A DNA stretch of 64,000 nucleotides from an uncultured Planctomycetaceae bacterium (GCA_964652605.1 CAZZBH010000002.1:5956-69955); one strand, 5' to 3'. Positions 9,088-22,631 are shown, counted from the first letter of the stretch. The notes: generated by a model from the sequence alone, not told the origin. A program made the numbers and translations.

Positions 9088-10942
9088 ACGCCAGGTTTAC
9101 GCCGCGCCCCCTGCGCCGGGCTGCTACCTGTTCAAGGATGCCCGCGGCAAGGTGCTGTACGTCGGCAAAGCCGTTGACCTCAGCAAGCGCGTGCGCAGCT
9201 ATCTTCGCCCCGATGGCGACGGGCGTCAGCAGATTCCGTTTCTCATGCAGCGCGCAGAGACGGTCGAGTTCATTGTCGTCACCAACGAGAAAGAGGCGCT
9301 GGTCCTTGAGGACAACCTGATCAAGCGGTTTCGGCCGCGCTACAACATCATGCTGGCGACCGACGACAAAACGTTCGTCAGCGTGCGCATGGATCTGCGG
9401 CAGGATTTTCCGCGCGCCACCATCGTCCACAAGTACAAGCGTGACGGCGCGACCTACTTCGGCCCGTACAACAGCGCAGCGAAGCTCTACAAGACGCTGG
9501 AGGTGTTCAAGCGCTACTATCCCCTGCGGCTTTGCAGCGACCACGTGATGGCCAACCGCACGCGTCCGTGCGTGTACCATGAAATCGGCGTGTGTAAGGC
9601 GCCCTGTGTGCCTGACAAGATCAGCAAGGACGATTATGCCGCAATCGTGCGTGACTTCATCCGCGCGCTGGAGGGCAAGGACGACACCGTAGTTCGCGAC
9701 ATGCAGCAACGCATGCAGGAGGCTTCCGCCGGCCTGCAATTCGAAAAGGCAGCAGACCTGCGCGACCGCATGATCGCCGTGCAGGAGACAACACTGCGCC
9801 AACGCGCGCAGATCGGCAGCGAAAAGACCGCGCACCGCGACATCCACGGCATCTTCCGCGAAGCCGATCGCCTGAGCGTTGCCACGCTGCTCTATCGCGA
9901 CGGCAGGCTTGAAGACACAGCCACCCGCGAGTTTCACACGCTGCTGCCGGATGAAGACGCCATGCGCGGGTTTCTGATGCAGTACTACGAGCGCGCAAGT
10001 TTCGTGCCCGAGGAGATCCTGGTGCCCTTCGAGCTGGAGGGGATGGAGGCGCTCGGCTCATGGATCAGCGACCGCGCCGAGCGCAGGGTTGTGGTGCTGC
10101 ACCCCAAACGCGGCGACCGGGCCAGGCTTCTGGAGATGGCAAACGTCAACGCCCGCCACGCGCTGAAGGTGCGCGCCGAAACGGAGCAGCGCAGCAAACA
10201 GCTACTGCGAGAACTGCAGGAAGCGGCGGGCCTTGAGCGCACACCGGTACAGATGGAGTGCTTCGACATCAGCCACGGCGGCGGTCGCGACACGGTGGCC
10301 AGCGGCGTTTGCTTTGTCGATGGCGTGCCGGCCAAGGCGCGCTATCGGCACTACAAGATCAAGTCGCATGACCGCAACGACGATTTTGCCAGCATGGAAG
10401 AGGTGTTGCGGCGGCGCCTTAAGCGCGGTCTGGAGGAAGGCAACCTGCCGGACCTCATTATGATCGACGGCGGCCCGGGACAGCTTGGCCGCGTGCAGAA
10501 AGTCTTCGACGAGATGAACGTCGTCGGCATCGACCTGATCGCGCTGGCCAAGTCGCGCGCAAAGAAGCGCCCGGGGTGGGAGAGTGGCTGGAAAGAGGAT
10601 GCGCAACTGACTGACGAGCGCATTTTTCTGCCGGGCCACGCTGAGCCGATCACACTGGACCAGCGCTCGCCTGCCCTGTTTCTGCTGGTGCGCATCCGCG
10701 ACGAAGCACACCGGTTTGCGATCACATTTCACCGCAAACAGAAGCGCAAGAGCAACCTGCACAGCTCGCTCGATGACGTGCCGGGCGTGGGCCCGAAAAA
10801 GAAGCGCGCATTGATCAAGCGCTTCGGCTCGCCGAAAGGCGTCAAGCTGGCGACGCTGGACGAGCTGCAGTCTGTTGACGGCATTTCCGACAACCTGGCC
10901 CGTGCCATCCACGCGCATTTCAACCCGGCTGAGCCGTCATAG
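9056..10942 (+). CDS. uvrC: Excinuclease ABC subunit C (UvrC)
   Basis: A GIY-YIG N-terminus (YLFKDARGKVLYVGKAVDLSKRVRSYL), a UvrBC motif region and a C-terminal HhH (VPGVGPKKKRALIKRFGS) are present. The track ORF starts at 8942 inside the upstream gene; MMMPSDQTILERQ at 9056 is the more plausible start. Confidence 0.9.
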   Translation: MMMPSDQTILERQVYAAPPAPGCYLFKDARGKVLYVGKAVDLSKRVRSYLRPDGDGRQQIPFLMQRAETVEFIVVTNEKEALVLEDNLIKRFRPRYNIMLATDDKTFVSVRMDLRQDFPRATIVHKYKRDGATYFGPYNSAAKLYKTLEVFKRYYPLRLCSDHVMANRTRPCVYHEIGVCKAPCVPDKISKDDYAAIVRDFIRALEGKDDTVVRDMQQRMQEASAGLQFEKAADLRDRMIAVQETTLRQRAQIGSEKTAHRDIHGIFREADRLSVATLLYRDGRLEDTATREFHTLLPDEDAMRGFLMQYYERASFVPEEILVPFELEGMEALGSWISDRAERRVVVLHPKRGDRARLLEMANVNARHALKVRAETEQRSKQLLRELQEAAGLERTPVQMECFDISHGGGRDTVASGVCFVDGVPAKARYRHYKIKSHDRNDDFASMEEVLRRRLKRGLEEGNLPDLIMIDGGPGQLGRVQKVFDEMNVVGIDLIALAKSRAKKRPGWESGWKEDAQLTDERIFLPGHAEPITLDQRSPALFLLVRIRDEAHRFAITFHRKQKRKSNLHSSLDDVPGVGPKKKRALIKRFGSPKGVKLATLDELQSVDGISDNLARAIHAHFNPAEPS

Positions 10943-10957
10943 TGTCGTGCCCGCGCC

Positions 10958-13900
10958 TCACTTGAATGCCGGCATCGGTTGCAGCTCCGGCACCGATTCT
11001 TCTTCGGGTTGGTCGGGTTGGCCGGCACGGCCGTTGCCGTGCTCGTCGGTCTCGGCCTGCTGCGCCTGGCCCGCGACTTCATCCTGCTGGCCGTCGGCAA
11101 GCTGGTCCGGGTCGCCGAATATGCGGCGGAACAGCAGTCGCCCACGCTCACCCCAGCGAGCCGTGACCAGGTAGGCGCAGGGCACCAGCACCAGTGTCAT
11201 CACCGTCGAGATCAGCAACCCGAAGATCATGCCGGTCGCCAGCATCGCCCACCATGCAGAACTTTCGCCGCCCACGACAAACTTGAACTGAAAGAAGTCG
11301 AAACTGAATCCCAGCGCCATCGGTGCCAGGCCCAGCGCCGTGGTGATCGCAGTCAGCATCACGGGTCGCAGGCGCGTCCGGCCGCCTTCGATGATCGCTT
11401 CCAGCAGCGACCTTCCGTGAATGTCGCGCAACTGGTTGATGTAGTCGATCATCACGATGGCGTTGTTCACCACTACGCCCGCCAGCGCAATGATCGCAAC
11501 GCCGGTCATAATGATGCTGAAGGGCTGGCTTAGCACGAGCAAACCGATCATCACCCCGATGGTCGAAAGGATCACGCTGCTCAGGATGATCAATGACTGC
11601 AGGGCGCTGTTGAACTGCAGCACGAGGATAAACGCGATCACCAGAAGCGCGATCACGAACGCCTTGCTCAGAAAGTCCGCGGCCTCCTGCTGGTCTTCGT
11701 TCTCGCCCGTGAAGCGTGCCTTGAAGCCGGCAGGAAACAGTTCAGCCTCTGCGTTGATGCGCTCTTCGATATCCTTGAGCATCTCCTGTGGCTGCGCGCC
11801 CTTGACCACCTCCGCGGAAACGGTCATCACGCGCTGGCCGTCCTTGCGGCGCACTGTGCCTGGGCCTCCGACGTATTCCCACGAGCATACGGTGGAAAGC
11901 GGTATCGCGTTGCCGAAGGCGTCACTGATACGGATCTCGTCCAGGACCGCCGGGTCATTGCGCCGCTCGGCGGGCAGTCGCACGATGATGTCCCGTTCCT
12001 CTGTGCCTTCGTCGTAGCCGCCGATGCGCTGCCCGTTGATCAGCATCTTCACGAAGTTGCCGATCCACTGGGTATTGAGGCCGAGCAAAGCGGCCTTGGA
12101 GCGATCCACACGAATGCGCAATTCCGGCTTGCCGGTGCGCAGGTTGTCCTTGACGTCAATGGCGCCCGGTGTGTCTTCCACGATCCTCCGCACACGCTGC
12201 ACAGCCGCTGCCATGTCACGCTGGTTGTTGACGCTGATTTCGACGTTGATCGGCGGGCCGGTGGGCGGGCCCATGGCCTGCTCTTTCACTTCGAAATCGG
12301 CGCCGGGGAGGTCAGACAGCAGGGGACGAACGCGCTCGATCCATTCGCTTGGCTTGCCGACGCGGTCTTCCTGATCCTTGAAACTGACAGTGATGCGCGC
12401 CAGGTGCGTGGCGTCTGCGCCGCCGTCCATCGGGTTGCCGGCGCCGGTGCCGCCTACGGTGGTCTCAATGCCCTTGATGTCGGGGTTGTTGATCTCTTCC
12501 AGGCGACGCTCGACCACGCCGGTCAGCGTGTCCATCTTTTGCAGGCTGATGCCCTCGGCGGCTGTAATGTTGATCTGCGCAACCTTGGGCTCGACTTCAG
12601 GGAACAGGATGACTCCGTGTCCCATCGCGCCATAGACCGCAATCGTCAGCACGAGGAAGCCGAACGCGCCAGCCATGGCGGCCTTGGGCCACTTCAATGC
12701 CGTGCGCAGCGTGCGTTCATAGAAAGTCAGTATGCCGCCGCCAAAGCCTTCGACCTTGCGCTTGACCGGGTGCTGAGTCGGCTTGCGAAAGCGCATGAAA
12801 GTCGCCGCGATGGTCGGGTTGATCACCAGCGCAACGAACAGGCTGCAAAGCAGTGTCGTAACCACGGTCAAGGGAAGGTAGTACATGAACTCGCCCATGA
12901 TGCCGGGCCAGAACAGCAATGGCCCGAAGGCGCCAAGGGTCGTCGCGGTCGCCGCGATCACGGGCCAGGCGACCTCTTTGGTGGCGTCCATCGCGGCCTT
13001 CATCGGCGACTTGTTCATCCCGATATGGCGGTAGATGTTCTCGATGATCACGATGGCGTTATCCACCAGCATGCCCTGCGCCAGAATCAGCGCGAACAGC
13101 ACCACCATGTTCAGCGTCACGCCCATCGATTGCAGGATGAAAAAGCTCATCAGCATCGAAAACGGGATGGCGGTGGCGACAAAGATGGCGTTGCGAATGC
13201 CCAGCGCAAAGAAGATGACCAGCAGCACCAGCACCAAACCGCTGAGAATGTTGTTTTCCAGGTCGCTGACCATCGTGCGGATCTGTTCTGACTCGTCGGT
13301 CAGGATCACGTAGTCAACATCGGCGGGAAAGTCGCCCTTGGCCTGCCGCAGGCCGTACTTGATCATCTCCGTAATCTCGATGATGTTGGCGCCGGCGCGC
13401 TTGCTGATTGTCAGCTGGACCGCCGGAGTGCCGTCGCGCCGCGCGTAGCTGATACGGTCTTTGTACCCCCGGTAGGCGCGCGCTACGTCACGAAGGTACA
13501 CGGGCCGGTTTTCGACCTTGTGCACGACCAGGCTTTCCACGTCGGCGGCGGTCTTGAACTCGCCGGGGATGCGCACCGACGGCTTGAAGTTGCCGGTATC
13601 GACGCCGCCGGCTGAGATGTCTGTGTTTTCGCCGCGAAGCGTTTCGATCAACTGGTTGACCGGCAGCTTGTAGGCCTCGAGTTTTTCGGGATCAACTTCA
13701 ATCTCGATCTGCGGTTCAACGCCGCCGACGATCACGGCGTCAAGCACGCCCGGCAGCGCCTCGACCTGCTCCTCAAGTTCTTCCGCCACGCGCTGCAGCA
13801 CCGAGACGTCGGCGCCGAACAGCGTCACGATCATGATCGGGAACTCCGAGAAGCTGAGCTCCTCGATCGTTTCTTCTTCAACATCTGTGGGGAAGTCGAT

Positions 13901-14248
13901 CTTGGCGCGGTCAAACTTCTCGCGAACTTTCTGCAAAGCCTCTTCGACCGGCACCGTGGGGTCGAACTCGCAGGTCGTGACGCTGATGCCCTCTGAGGAC
14001 ATGCTGGTCAGTTCCTTCAACCTCTGGAGGTTCTTCAGCTCGCGCTCAAGTGGCACAGTCACCGAGTTCTCGACGTCTTCGGGGCTCGCTTCCGGCCACG
14101 GCACGGCGATCGTCACCAGCGGTACTTTGATGTCGGGCGTGCTCTCGCGCGGCAGCGTAACGTAGGCCACGACACCGAGAATGAAGATGCCGAACATCAT
14201 CACAAAAATCGGGATGCGGTGGCGTACGGAGAAGTTCGTGATTCTCAT
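10958..14248 (-). CDS. RND efflux transporter permease (HAE1/AcrB family)
   Basis: A 1096-aa ORF with the 12-TM RND architecture and conserved AcrB-like blocks. It carries an acidic C-terminal extension. Confidence 0.9.
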   Translation of the reverse strand: MRITNFSVRHRIPIFVMMFGIFILGVVAYVTLPRESTPDIKVPLVTIAVPWPEASPEDVENSVTVPLERELKNLQRLKELTSMSSEGISVTTCEFDPTVPVEEALQKVREKFDRAKIDFPTDVEEETIEELSFSEFPIMIVTLFGADVSVLQRVAEELEEQVEALPGVLDAVIVGGVEPQIEIEVDPEKLEAYKLPVNQLIETLRGENTDISAGGVDTGNFKPSVRIPGEFKTAADVESLVVHKVENRPVYLRDVARAYRGYKDRISYARRDGTPAVQLTISKRAGANIIEITEMIKYGLRQAKGDFPADVDYVILTDESEQIRTMVSDLENNILSGLVLVLLVIFFALGIRNAIFVATAIPFSMLMSFFILQSMGVTLNMVVLFALILAQGMLVDNAIVIIENIYRHIGMNKSPMKAAMDATKEVAWPVIAATATTLGAFGPLLFWPGIMGEFMYYLPLTVVTTLLCSLFVALVINPTIAATFMRFRKPTQHPVKRKVEGFGGGILTFYERTLRTALKWPKAAMAGAFGFLVLTIAVYGAMGHGVILFPEVEPKVAQINITAAEGISLQKMDTLTGVVERRLEEINNPDIKGIETTVGGTGAGNPMDGGADATHLARITVSFKDQEDRVGKPSEWIERVRPLLSDLPGADFEVKEQAMGPPTGPPINVEISVNNQRDMAAAVQRVRRIVEDTPGAIDVKDNLRTGKPELRIRVDRSKAALLGLNTQWIGNFVKMLINGQRIGGYDEGTEERDIIVRLPAERRNDPAVLDEIRISDAFGNAIPLSTVCSWEYVGGPGTVRRKDGQRVMTVSAEVVKGAQPQEMLKDIEERINAEAELFPAGFKARFTGENEDQQEAADFLSKAFVIALLVIAFILVLQFNSALQSLIILSSVILSTIGVMIGLLVLSQPFSIIMTGVAIIALAGVVVNNAIVMIDYINQLRDIHGRSLLEAIIEGGRTRLRPVMLTAITTALGLAPMALGFSFDFFQFKFVVGGESSAWWAMLATGMIFGLLISTVMTLVLVPCAYLVTARWGERGRLLFRRIFGDPDQLADGQQDEVAGQAQQAETDEHGNGRAGQPDQPEEESVPELQPMPAFK

Positions 14249-14262
14249 TTCATCGTCCTGGA

Positions 14263-15432
14263 TCAGGCTGCGGGATCGTCACTGACTACATTCACGGGGT
14301 CGTTGTCGCTCAGCCACTGCGCGCCTGTGGTGATCACCTGATCGCCGGCCTTCAAAGAGTCGCCAAGGATCTCGGCTGATTGCATCGTAAGCTGGCCGAT
14401 CCGGATGTTCTTCAGTTCGCGCGCAAGCTCACCCTTGCGGACAAACAACGACTTCTCCTCGCCGTTGAGCTTGATCGCCGACAGCGGCACCACGAACGCA
14501 TCCTCGCGGCTGTAGGTCGTGACCTCAACTGTCCCGAAGATGCCCGCGGGCAGCGCAAGGTCCGTGTTGTCGAGTTCTATTTCCACGGTGAAGCTGTGTG
14601 TTTGCGGGTGCGCCAGCGTGTCTTTGCGCGCAACGCGCCCCGGCATCACGAGGATCTCGCCGGAGGCGTTTTTGAGCGAGGGCAACGTCACGTCGATGGC
14701 ATCGCCGACCGCTAGCGCCGTGTAGTGCGACTCGGGCAGCTCAAGGTCTGCCCGCAGGCTCTGCATCACCGCCACGCGCGCAATCAGCTCGCCGGGATTG
14801 ACGTACTCGCCCTGCTTGCGCACACGCTCTGTGACGACGCCGCTGACCGGGCTGCACACGCGGGCGTCCTCGATCTGCGAAAGCACACGAAGCGCACCCG
14901 CCCGGGCTGTTTCGCGTTGTGTGCGCGCCTGGTCAAGCTGGCTTCCCGTGGTCTCGCGATATTCTTCAAGGCGCTTCAGGTCGCGCACGGCCTGGTCAAA
15001 GCGTGCCTGCATCTCGAGAAAGCTCTGCACCAACGCGCTGTCTTCGATGCGCGCGAAGTAGGGGACATCCTGCAAGTGCCGCAGGTTTCGCAGGTTGATC
15101 TGTTCGTCTGTCGGCGGCGTATCCTGCTTCCACGACTGAACGAACTCGTCTGCCGTGACCCACTGGGCAGCCGGCACGCTGGAGGCTTCAACCCGGTCAC
15201 CCTTGTCAAAGGTCAAGTCGCCGATGCGGCCTGCCACGGCAGCGCGCAGCTCGAACTCCTCGACCGGACGTGTTACCACCGGCAACTTGATCTTCACCTC
15301 AAGGTGCTGCGGCTTCACTTCCTTGACATCGACGTTGCGGGCAGGACGCCCGCCGGCATCCTGCTCAGCCATCTCCGGGCCGCAGGCAGCCAAAAGAAGC
15401 GGCAATGCGGCCAATGCAAAACCAAGTCTCAT
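14263..15432 (-). CDS. RND efflux periplasmic adaptor (membrane fusion protein) with lipoprotein signal
   Basis: It starts MRLGFALAALPLLLAACG (lipobox) and has HlyD/MFP-like coiled-coil and beta-barrel regions. It sits immediately upstream of the RND pump. Confidence 0.85.
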   Translation of the reverse strand: MRLGFALAALPLLLAACGPEMAEQDAGGRPARNVDVKEVKPQHLEVKIKLPVVTRPVEEFELRAAVAGRIGDLTFDKGDRVEASSVPAAQWVTADEFVQSWKQDTPPTDEQINLRNLRHLQDVPYFARIEDSALVQSFLEMQARFDQAVRDLKRLEEYRETTGSQLDQARTQRETARAGALRVLSQIEDARVCSPVSGVVTERVRKQGEYVNPGELIARVAVMQSLRADLELPESHYTALAVGDAIDVTLPSLKNASGEILVMPGRVARKDTLAHPQTHSFTVEIELDNTDLALPAGIFGTVEVTTYSREDAFVVPLSAIKLNGEEKSLFVRKGELARELKNIRIGQLTMQSAEILGDSLKAGDQVITTGAQWLSDNDPVNVVSDDPAA

Positions 15433-16049
15433 GCTCTCGTCTCCCTGATCTCGGAATGTTCCAGCGCCGATACCCCGTGCAGTACGACAGTAGCTATCTG
15501 CTGCGACAACTCGTCCACGTCGCGCTCAAGCCCCGGCTGGGCGACCATCTGCATCAGCTCGTGCAGCAGCAACGCCCAGAACGAACGTGTCGCGGTTACA
15601 GCGACAGCGGGCGGCAACCCAAGGCGCACAAGTTCGTTGCTCCAGGCTGCGCATGCCTGCTTGTCTGTTTCTTCCACTTCGGCCACCAGCTCTTTCAGGC
15701 TGGTGCGGCCAAACCAGATCGAGAACCCGAAGGCCAGTGTGTCCCGGAATGGCTTGGCCAGCGACAGCATCTCGCGCGCGTAGTACACAAACGCATCGCC
15801 CGGGGTCTCCGCTTGCGCAAAGGCACGTCCGCGCGCCTGTAATGCCGCCTGCTTGAACTCATTGAACAGCGCCAACGCGACACCCTGCTTGCTGCCGAAG
15901 TGATAGTACAGGGCAGGCTTTGTACAGCCGGCGGCTTGCACGATTTCGCGCACGCTGACGGCGTCATAGCCGCGCTCGGCGAAGAGCATGGCCGCGTGCC
16001 GCAGTATTTCGGCGCGTGTCTGGTTTTCAGGGTTTGATTCGCCACCCAT
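15429..16049 (-). CDS. TetR/AcrR-family transcriptional regulator
   Basis: The N-terminal HTH AEILRHAAMLFAERGYDAVSVREIVQAAGCTKPALYYHFGSKQ is typical of TetR. Its stop overlaps the MFP start. Confidence 0.8.
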   Translation of the reverse strand: MGGESNPENQTRAEILRHAAMLFAERGYDAVSVREIVQAAGCTKPALYYHFGSKQGVALALFNEFKQAALQARGRAFAQAETPGDAFVYYAREMLSLAKPFRDTLAFGFSIWFGRTSLKELVAEVEETDKQACAAWSNELVRLGLPPAVAVTATRSFWALLLHELMQMVAQPGLERDVDELSQQIATVVLHGVSALEHSEIRETRA

Positions 16050-16236
16050 GACTGCCCTATACCGTCCGGTAGGTATGCCCGCTACTTTAAACTAACGAGG
16101 GTTGCCCAAGGCTTCCCGAAAATGCCCGTTGTTGCATTCCGGGCCGCCTGGCGGTAGATTGCACCGCCCGCATTGGCGCGGGATTGTGTTTTGTTGACCT
16201 GTAGCCGTTTGTCGGCCAGCCTGGGACCTGTCGAGT

Positions 16237-16434
16237 ATGGTGAAGATCAAGGCGCGAAGCTCTGAATCCGTGGATCAGTTGTTGCGGCGATTCAAGAAGG
16301 CATGCGAAAAAGAGGGCCTGACAAGGGCCATGAAGCGTATCGCCTACTACGAAAAACCCAGCGTCACCCGCAACCGCAAAAAGCGCCAGGCCCTGAAGCG
16401 TAAACTCCAGGCAACCATGCTTTCCCAGATGTAA
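16237..16434 (+). CDS. rpsU: 30S ribosomal protein S21
   Basis: The 65-aa product MVKIKARSSESVDQLLRRFKKACEKEGLTRAMKRIAYYEKPSVTRNRKKRQA matches S21. Confidence 0.85.
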   Translation: MVKIKARSSESVDQLLRRFKKACEKEGLTRAMKRIAYYEKPSVTRNRKKRQALKRKLQATMLSQM

Positions 16435-16436
16435 TC

Positions 16437-17285
16437 GTGGCAGCCGTTGAAATCACCGGCCTGACCAAGACGTTCCGAAACTTCTTCGGCCGTCGAAGCG
16501 TGCGTGCGCTTGACGGCCTTTCTCTTTCCGCACAACCGGGCGAGGTGTTCGGCCTGCTCGGCCCCAACGGCAGCGGAAAAAGCACGACTTTCAAGATAGC
16601 CGTCGGCCTGCTGCGTCCCGATGCCGGCAGCGTTCGCATCGGCGGCTTCGCGCCCGGCAGCATGGCGGCGCGGCGCACAACCGGGTTCCTGCCCGAAGAA
16701 AGCACTCTGCTGCCGTTCCTTACAGCGCGCGAAACATTGCGTCTCCACGGCGCGCTGGCAGGGCTCAATCGTTCCGGTGCGAGTCGCAAAGCCGACGAGT
16801 TGCTTGAGCGCGTGGGCCTGCAAGACGCTGCCAGCCGCAGGGTGAAGGGCTTCAGCAAGGGGATGCAGCGCCGGCTTGGCATTGCAACGGTGCTGATCGG
16901 CGACCCGCAGGTGTTCATTCTGGACGAGCCCACCAGCGGGCTAGATCCGCTGGGCGCCGTTGAGATGAAGAACCTGCTGTCTGAGCTGCGTGATGCGGGC
17001 AAGTCGCTGCTGATTGCAAGCCACCTGCTTGGCGAGCTCGAGAATGTCTGTGACCGTGTGGCGTTCATCAACAACGGCAAGCTGCTGCGCCAGGGTACGC
17101 TCGATGAACTGCTGCGCGAGACCAGCGTGCATGAGTTGCGCGTCAGCCCGCCCGACCGCAGCGCGATCGCAGCGCTTGAGGCACTCGCGAGGGAGCGCGG
17201 CCTGCAAATCGAGCGAAGCGCTGCCCCGTTGCGCTCGCTTGAGGCGTTCTACCTCGACATGCTGCGTAACGGAGACAAGCCGTGA
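16437..17285 (+). CDS. ABC transporter ATP-binding protein
   Basis: Walker A GPNGSGKST, the signature-like FSKGMQRRLGIA and Walker B ILDEPTSGLD are present. Confidence 0.85.
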   Translation: MAAVEITGLTKTFRNFFGRRSVRALDGLSLSAQPGEVFGLLGPNGSGKSTTFKIAVGLLRPDAGSVRIGGFAPGSMAARRTTGFLPEESTLLPFLTARETLRLHGALAGLNRSGASRKADELLERVGLQDAASRRVKGFSKGMQRRLGIATVLIGDPQVFILDEPTSGLDPLGAVEMKNLLSELRDAGKSLLIASHLLGELENVCDRVAFINNGKLLRQGTLDELLRETSVHELRVSPPDRSAIAALEALARERGLQIERSAAPLRSLEAFYLDMLRNGDKP

Positions 17286-18472
17286 AGCGGACACTGGCCA
17301 TCGCCGGGGCCGCACTGCGCGAAGCTGCGCGGGGAAAGGCACTGTGGGGGATGGGCGTGGCTGCAGTGCTGATCGCGCCGGTCATTACTGTGGTGTTCGG
17401 CGCTGACGATGCGACGCGGGCGTGGACGTCACGGCTGGTTTCGGTCGAGTTTTTTCGCCTAGCGATGCCGTTGGGGGCGATCTTTGGCGGCGCGTTCGTG
17501 CTGCGGCCTTCGATGCGTTCGGGCTGGCCCGTGTTGCCGGCGCGCCGCGCGGAGTGGTTTGCCGGCACGTGCATCGCCGCGGCAGTCCTGCTGGTCGCGG
17601 CAACCGGCGCGTTCTATGTCGGGGCGCTGTCGGCAAATCTGGCCTTCGGACAGCCGCTCTCGGAGACGACAGTACCATCGAGCCTGTACGCGGAGCGAAG
17701 CACGAACGGCAACAAAGAAGTGCGCAGCTCAGCGACCGGGTGGGCATGGGCAAGCGGTGAAGAAGACGCATACCTCGTGGCGGAACTGCCGCAGGGGTTG
17801 GGCGGGACGATCAGCGGTACGCTTCAGTACACCCTTGCGCTGAACCAGCTTCAGCCACCCGGTGAACGAACTCCGGTGACGCTTTGGCTGGCGAAGGATG
17901 AACTTCGCAAAGAGCTGGCGGCGGTTGTGGAGTCGCGGCGCAGGATTCGATTTTCAGGGCAACTGGATGGCGCGACCATGCTGATCGTCGAGCCATCACA
18001 CGCGGCATTTCTCGTTGGGGCAACACACCAGGACGTGCGGTTTGAAACCGGCACGAAAAACGCGGCTTCAAGTCTGATAGCGCTCCTGGTGCTGTCGCTG
18101 GGTGCCGCGCTGTTGTGCATGTTTGCCGTAGTCGCAGTGCGAGGTGTGGCAAGCGCGCCCACTGCGGCCCTGGCGGGTATCCTCGTGTTCGCAAGCCTGA
18201 CCCTGCTGCCGGAACTGCAGCCGGCGGACGGCATGGCACGCGACCTGCGCCGGGATATGGGAGGCATGCAGGAAGACCGCGGATTGATCGCTTCGCTGGA
18301 GGATGAACTCGCGCTGCTGCCGCAGTTGATGCCGAGCCGGTACTTTGATGAGTTTCTCTCGGGCCAGGTCGTGCCCCAGGGTGCGTACGCTGACGGGTTT
18401 GTGCGCCTTGGCGTGGGCATGCTCCTGCTGATCCCCGGGGCGTTGCTGTTCTCGCGCCGGCAGATTCGATGA
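17282..18472 (+). CDS. ABC transporter-associated membrane (permease-like) protein
   Basis: It overlaps the ATPase stop, has multiple hydrophobic segments and sits in ABC-2-like context. Confidence 0.5.
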   Translation: MKRTLAIAGAALREAARGKALWGMGVAAVLIAPVITVVFGADDATRAWTSRLVSVEFFRLAMPLGAIFGGAFVLRPSMRSGWPVLPARRAEWFAGTCIAAAVLLVAATGAFYVGALSANLAFGQPLSETTVPSSLYAERSTNGNKEVRSSATGWAWASGEEDAYLVAELPQGLGGTISGTLQYTLALNQLQPPGERTPVTLWLAKDELRKELAAVVESRRRIRFSGQLDGATMLIVEPSHAAFLVGATHQDVRFETGTKNAASSLIALLVLSLGAALLCMFAVVAVRGVASAPTAALAGILVFASLTLLPELQPADGMARDLRRDMGGMQEDRGLIASLEDELALLPQLMPSRYFDEFLSGQVVPQGAYADGFVRLGVGMLLLIPGALLFSRRQIR

Positions 18473-18524
18473 CTTCGCGTGTCCTTGCCGGGCAACGGAC
18501 AGCCGTTAACATCCGCCCTCCCGC

Positions 18525-18612
18525 GGAGGGGTGACAGAGTGGCCGATTGTGCGCGCTTGGAAAGCGCGTGTACCGAAAGGTACCGGGGGTTCGAATCCCC
18601 CTCCCTCCGCCA
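18525..18612 (+). tRNA. tRNA-Ser (anticodon GGA), long variable arm, CCA encoded
   Basis: GGAGGGGTGACAGAGTGGCCGATTGTGCGCGCTTGGAAAGCGCGTGTACCGAAAGGTACCGGGGGTTCGAATCCCCCTCCCTCCGCCA. The anticodon stem is CGCGC/GCGCG with loop TTGGAAA. Confidence 0.85.
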
Positions 18613-18619
18613 CAAGAAA

Positions 18620-18646
18620 GCGCGCCATTGGGCGCGTTTTCTTGTG
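18620..18646 (+). terminator. Hairpin plus T-run after tRNA-Ser
   Basis: GAAAGCGCGCC-ATTG-GGCGCGTTTTC. Confidence 0.4.
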
Positions 18647-18816
18647 GCGCGCGCCGAAGCCCTGGCGAAGGCTGGTGCGGCCGAAGCTGGCACCCCGCAA
18701 AAGCAAGCTCGGGGGCTTTTCCACAACCCCTCCAATCGCCGCCAACACCGCATTCCAAGCGGGTTTACGGCTTTCTTCTGCTTCCTATTGTCGCCCGTCT
18801 TTGTATACTCTGAAAG

Positions 18817-21781
<2,965 letters not shown>

Positions 21782-21796
21782 CGGGCAGGAGCCGCC

Positions 21797-22057
21797 ATGT
21801 GCCGCAATATCAAGACGCTGTTCAACTTCGAGCCGCCGGTAACAGACGCAGAAATCGAGGCGGCTGCCCAGCAGTTCGTGCGAAAGATCAGCGGGTTCAA
21901 CAAGCCAAGCCGCGCCAACGAAGAAGCCTTCGGCAAGGGTGTAGCGGAGGTAACTGCCGCGGCGCACAGGTTGCTGGCAGCCCTGACAACCAGCGCGTCA
22001 CCAAAGAACCGGGAAGAAGAGGCCCGGAAAGCCAGAAAGCGTGCGCGGTTTGTCTGA
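21797..22057 (+). CDS. DUF2277-domain small protein
   Basis: MCRNIKTLFNFEPPVTDAEIEAAAQQFVRKISGF matches the conserved DUF2277 N-terminus. Confidence 0.45.
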   Translation: MCRNIKTLFNFEPPVTDAEIEAAAQQFVRKISGFNKPSRANEEAFGKGVAEVTAAAHRLLAALTTSASPKNREEEARKARKRARFV

Positions 22058-22443
22058 ACAACGTGGGCCAGCAGGTGTAGCCCAAAGGTGATTCAGCGCA
22101 GCCCCGCTTCGCAAGCCTGTGTTGAGTACGCTTTCAAGGCAATTCAATCAACGCAGGGCGTCATCGCCCGGCAAGGTTCAGAGTTCCAACACATCCAGCT
22201 ATATCGCCTGCCTAACTCAGGATGGGCTGCGGGCGCACTCCAAGTACCGAAACAAGCCTCGCCAAAGTCAAAAAATCAATGAACGGAAAGGGGCGTCACC
22301 AGAGAACCCCGGCTGCCGATCAAAGCCACCAAAAGTGACCCATCCACAGAGCAAAGCCGGCAACAAAGAAGCAGCAACTACCGATCAAGGCCAAGCACAA
22401 AATAGACACGGCCTAAGGAAGTCCCCATGAGACCGGGCCAAAT

Positions 22444-22488
22444 TGGAGCGGGCGAAGGGGTTCGAACCCTCGACCACCTGCTTGGGAA
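22444..22488. repeat. attL: 45-bp direct repeat identical to the 3' half (anticodon loop to CCA) of tRNA-Gly(CCC); left boundary of the genomic island
   Basis: TGGAGCGGGCGAAGGGGTTCGAACCCTCGACCACCTGCTTGGGAA occurs at 22444-22488 and again at 59360-59404. The sequence diverges immediately outside both copies. Confidence 0.75.
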
Positions 22489-22631
22489 CGGGGCCCCTCC
22501 GTTTTTTCCGCCTCTCCTGAGAACCGCTTGATTCCGCCCTTTCCAGCCACCTGAGCGGGCTTGGCGTCGATTTGAGCGTCGCTGTCCGGGTGGAGAAAGT
22601 TGGCTCCAGTGGCATCAATAACTGGGTTTTT

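Noticed and set aside
12404-13291. 295-aa plus-strand ORF inside the RND permease gene
   Set aside because: Antisense to the RND transporter; His/Arg/Gly-rich.
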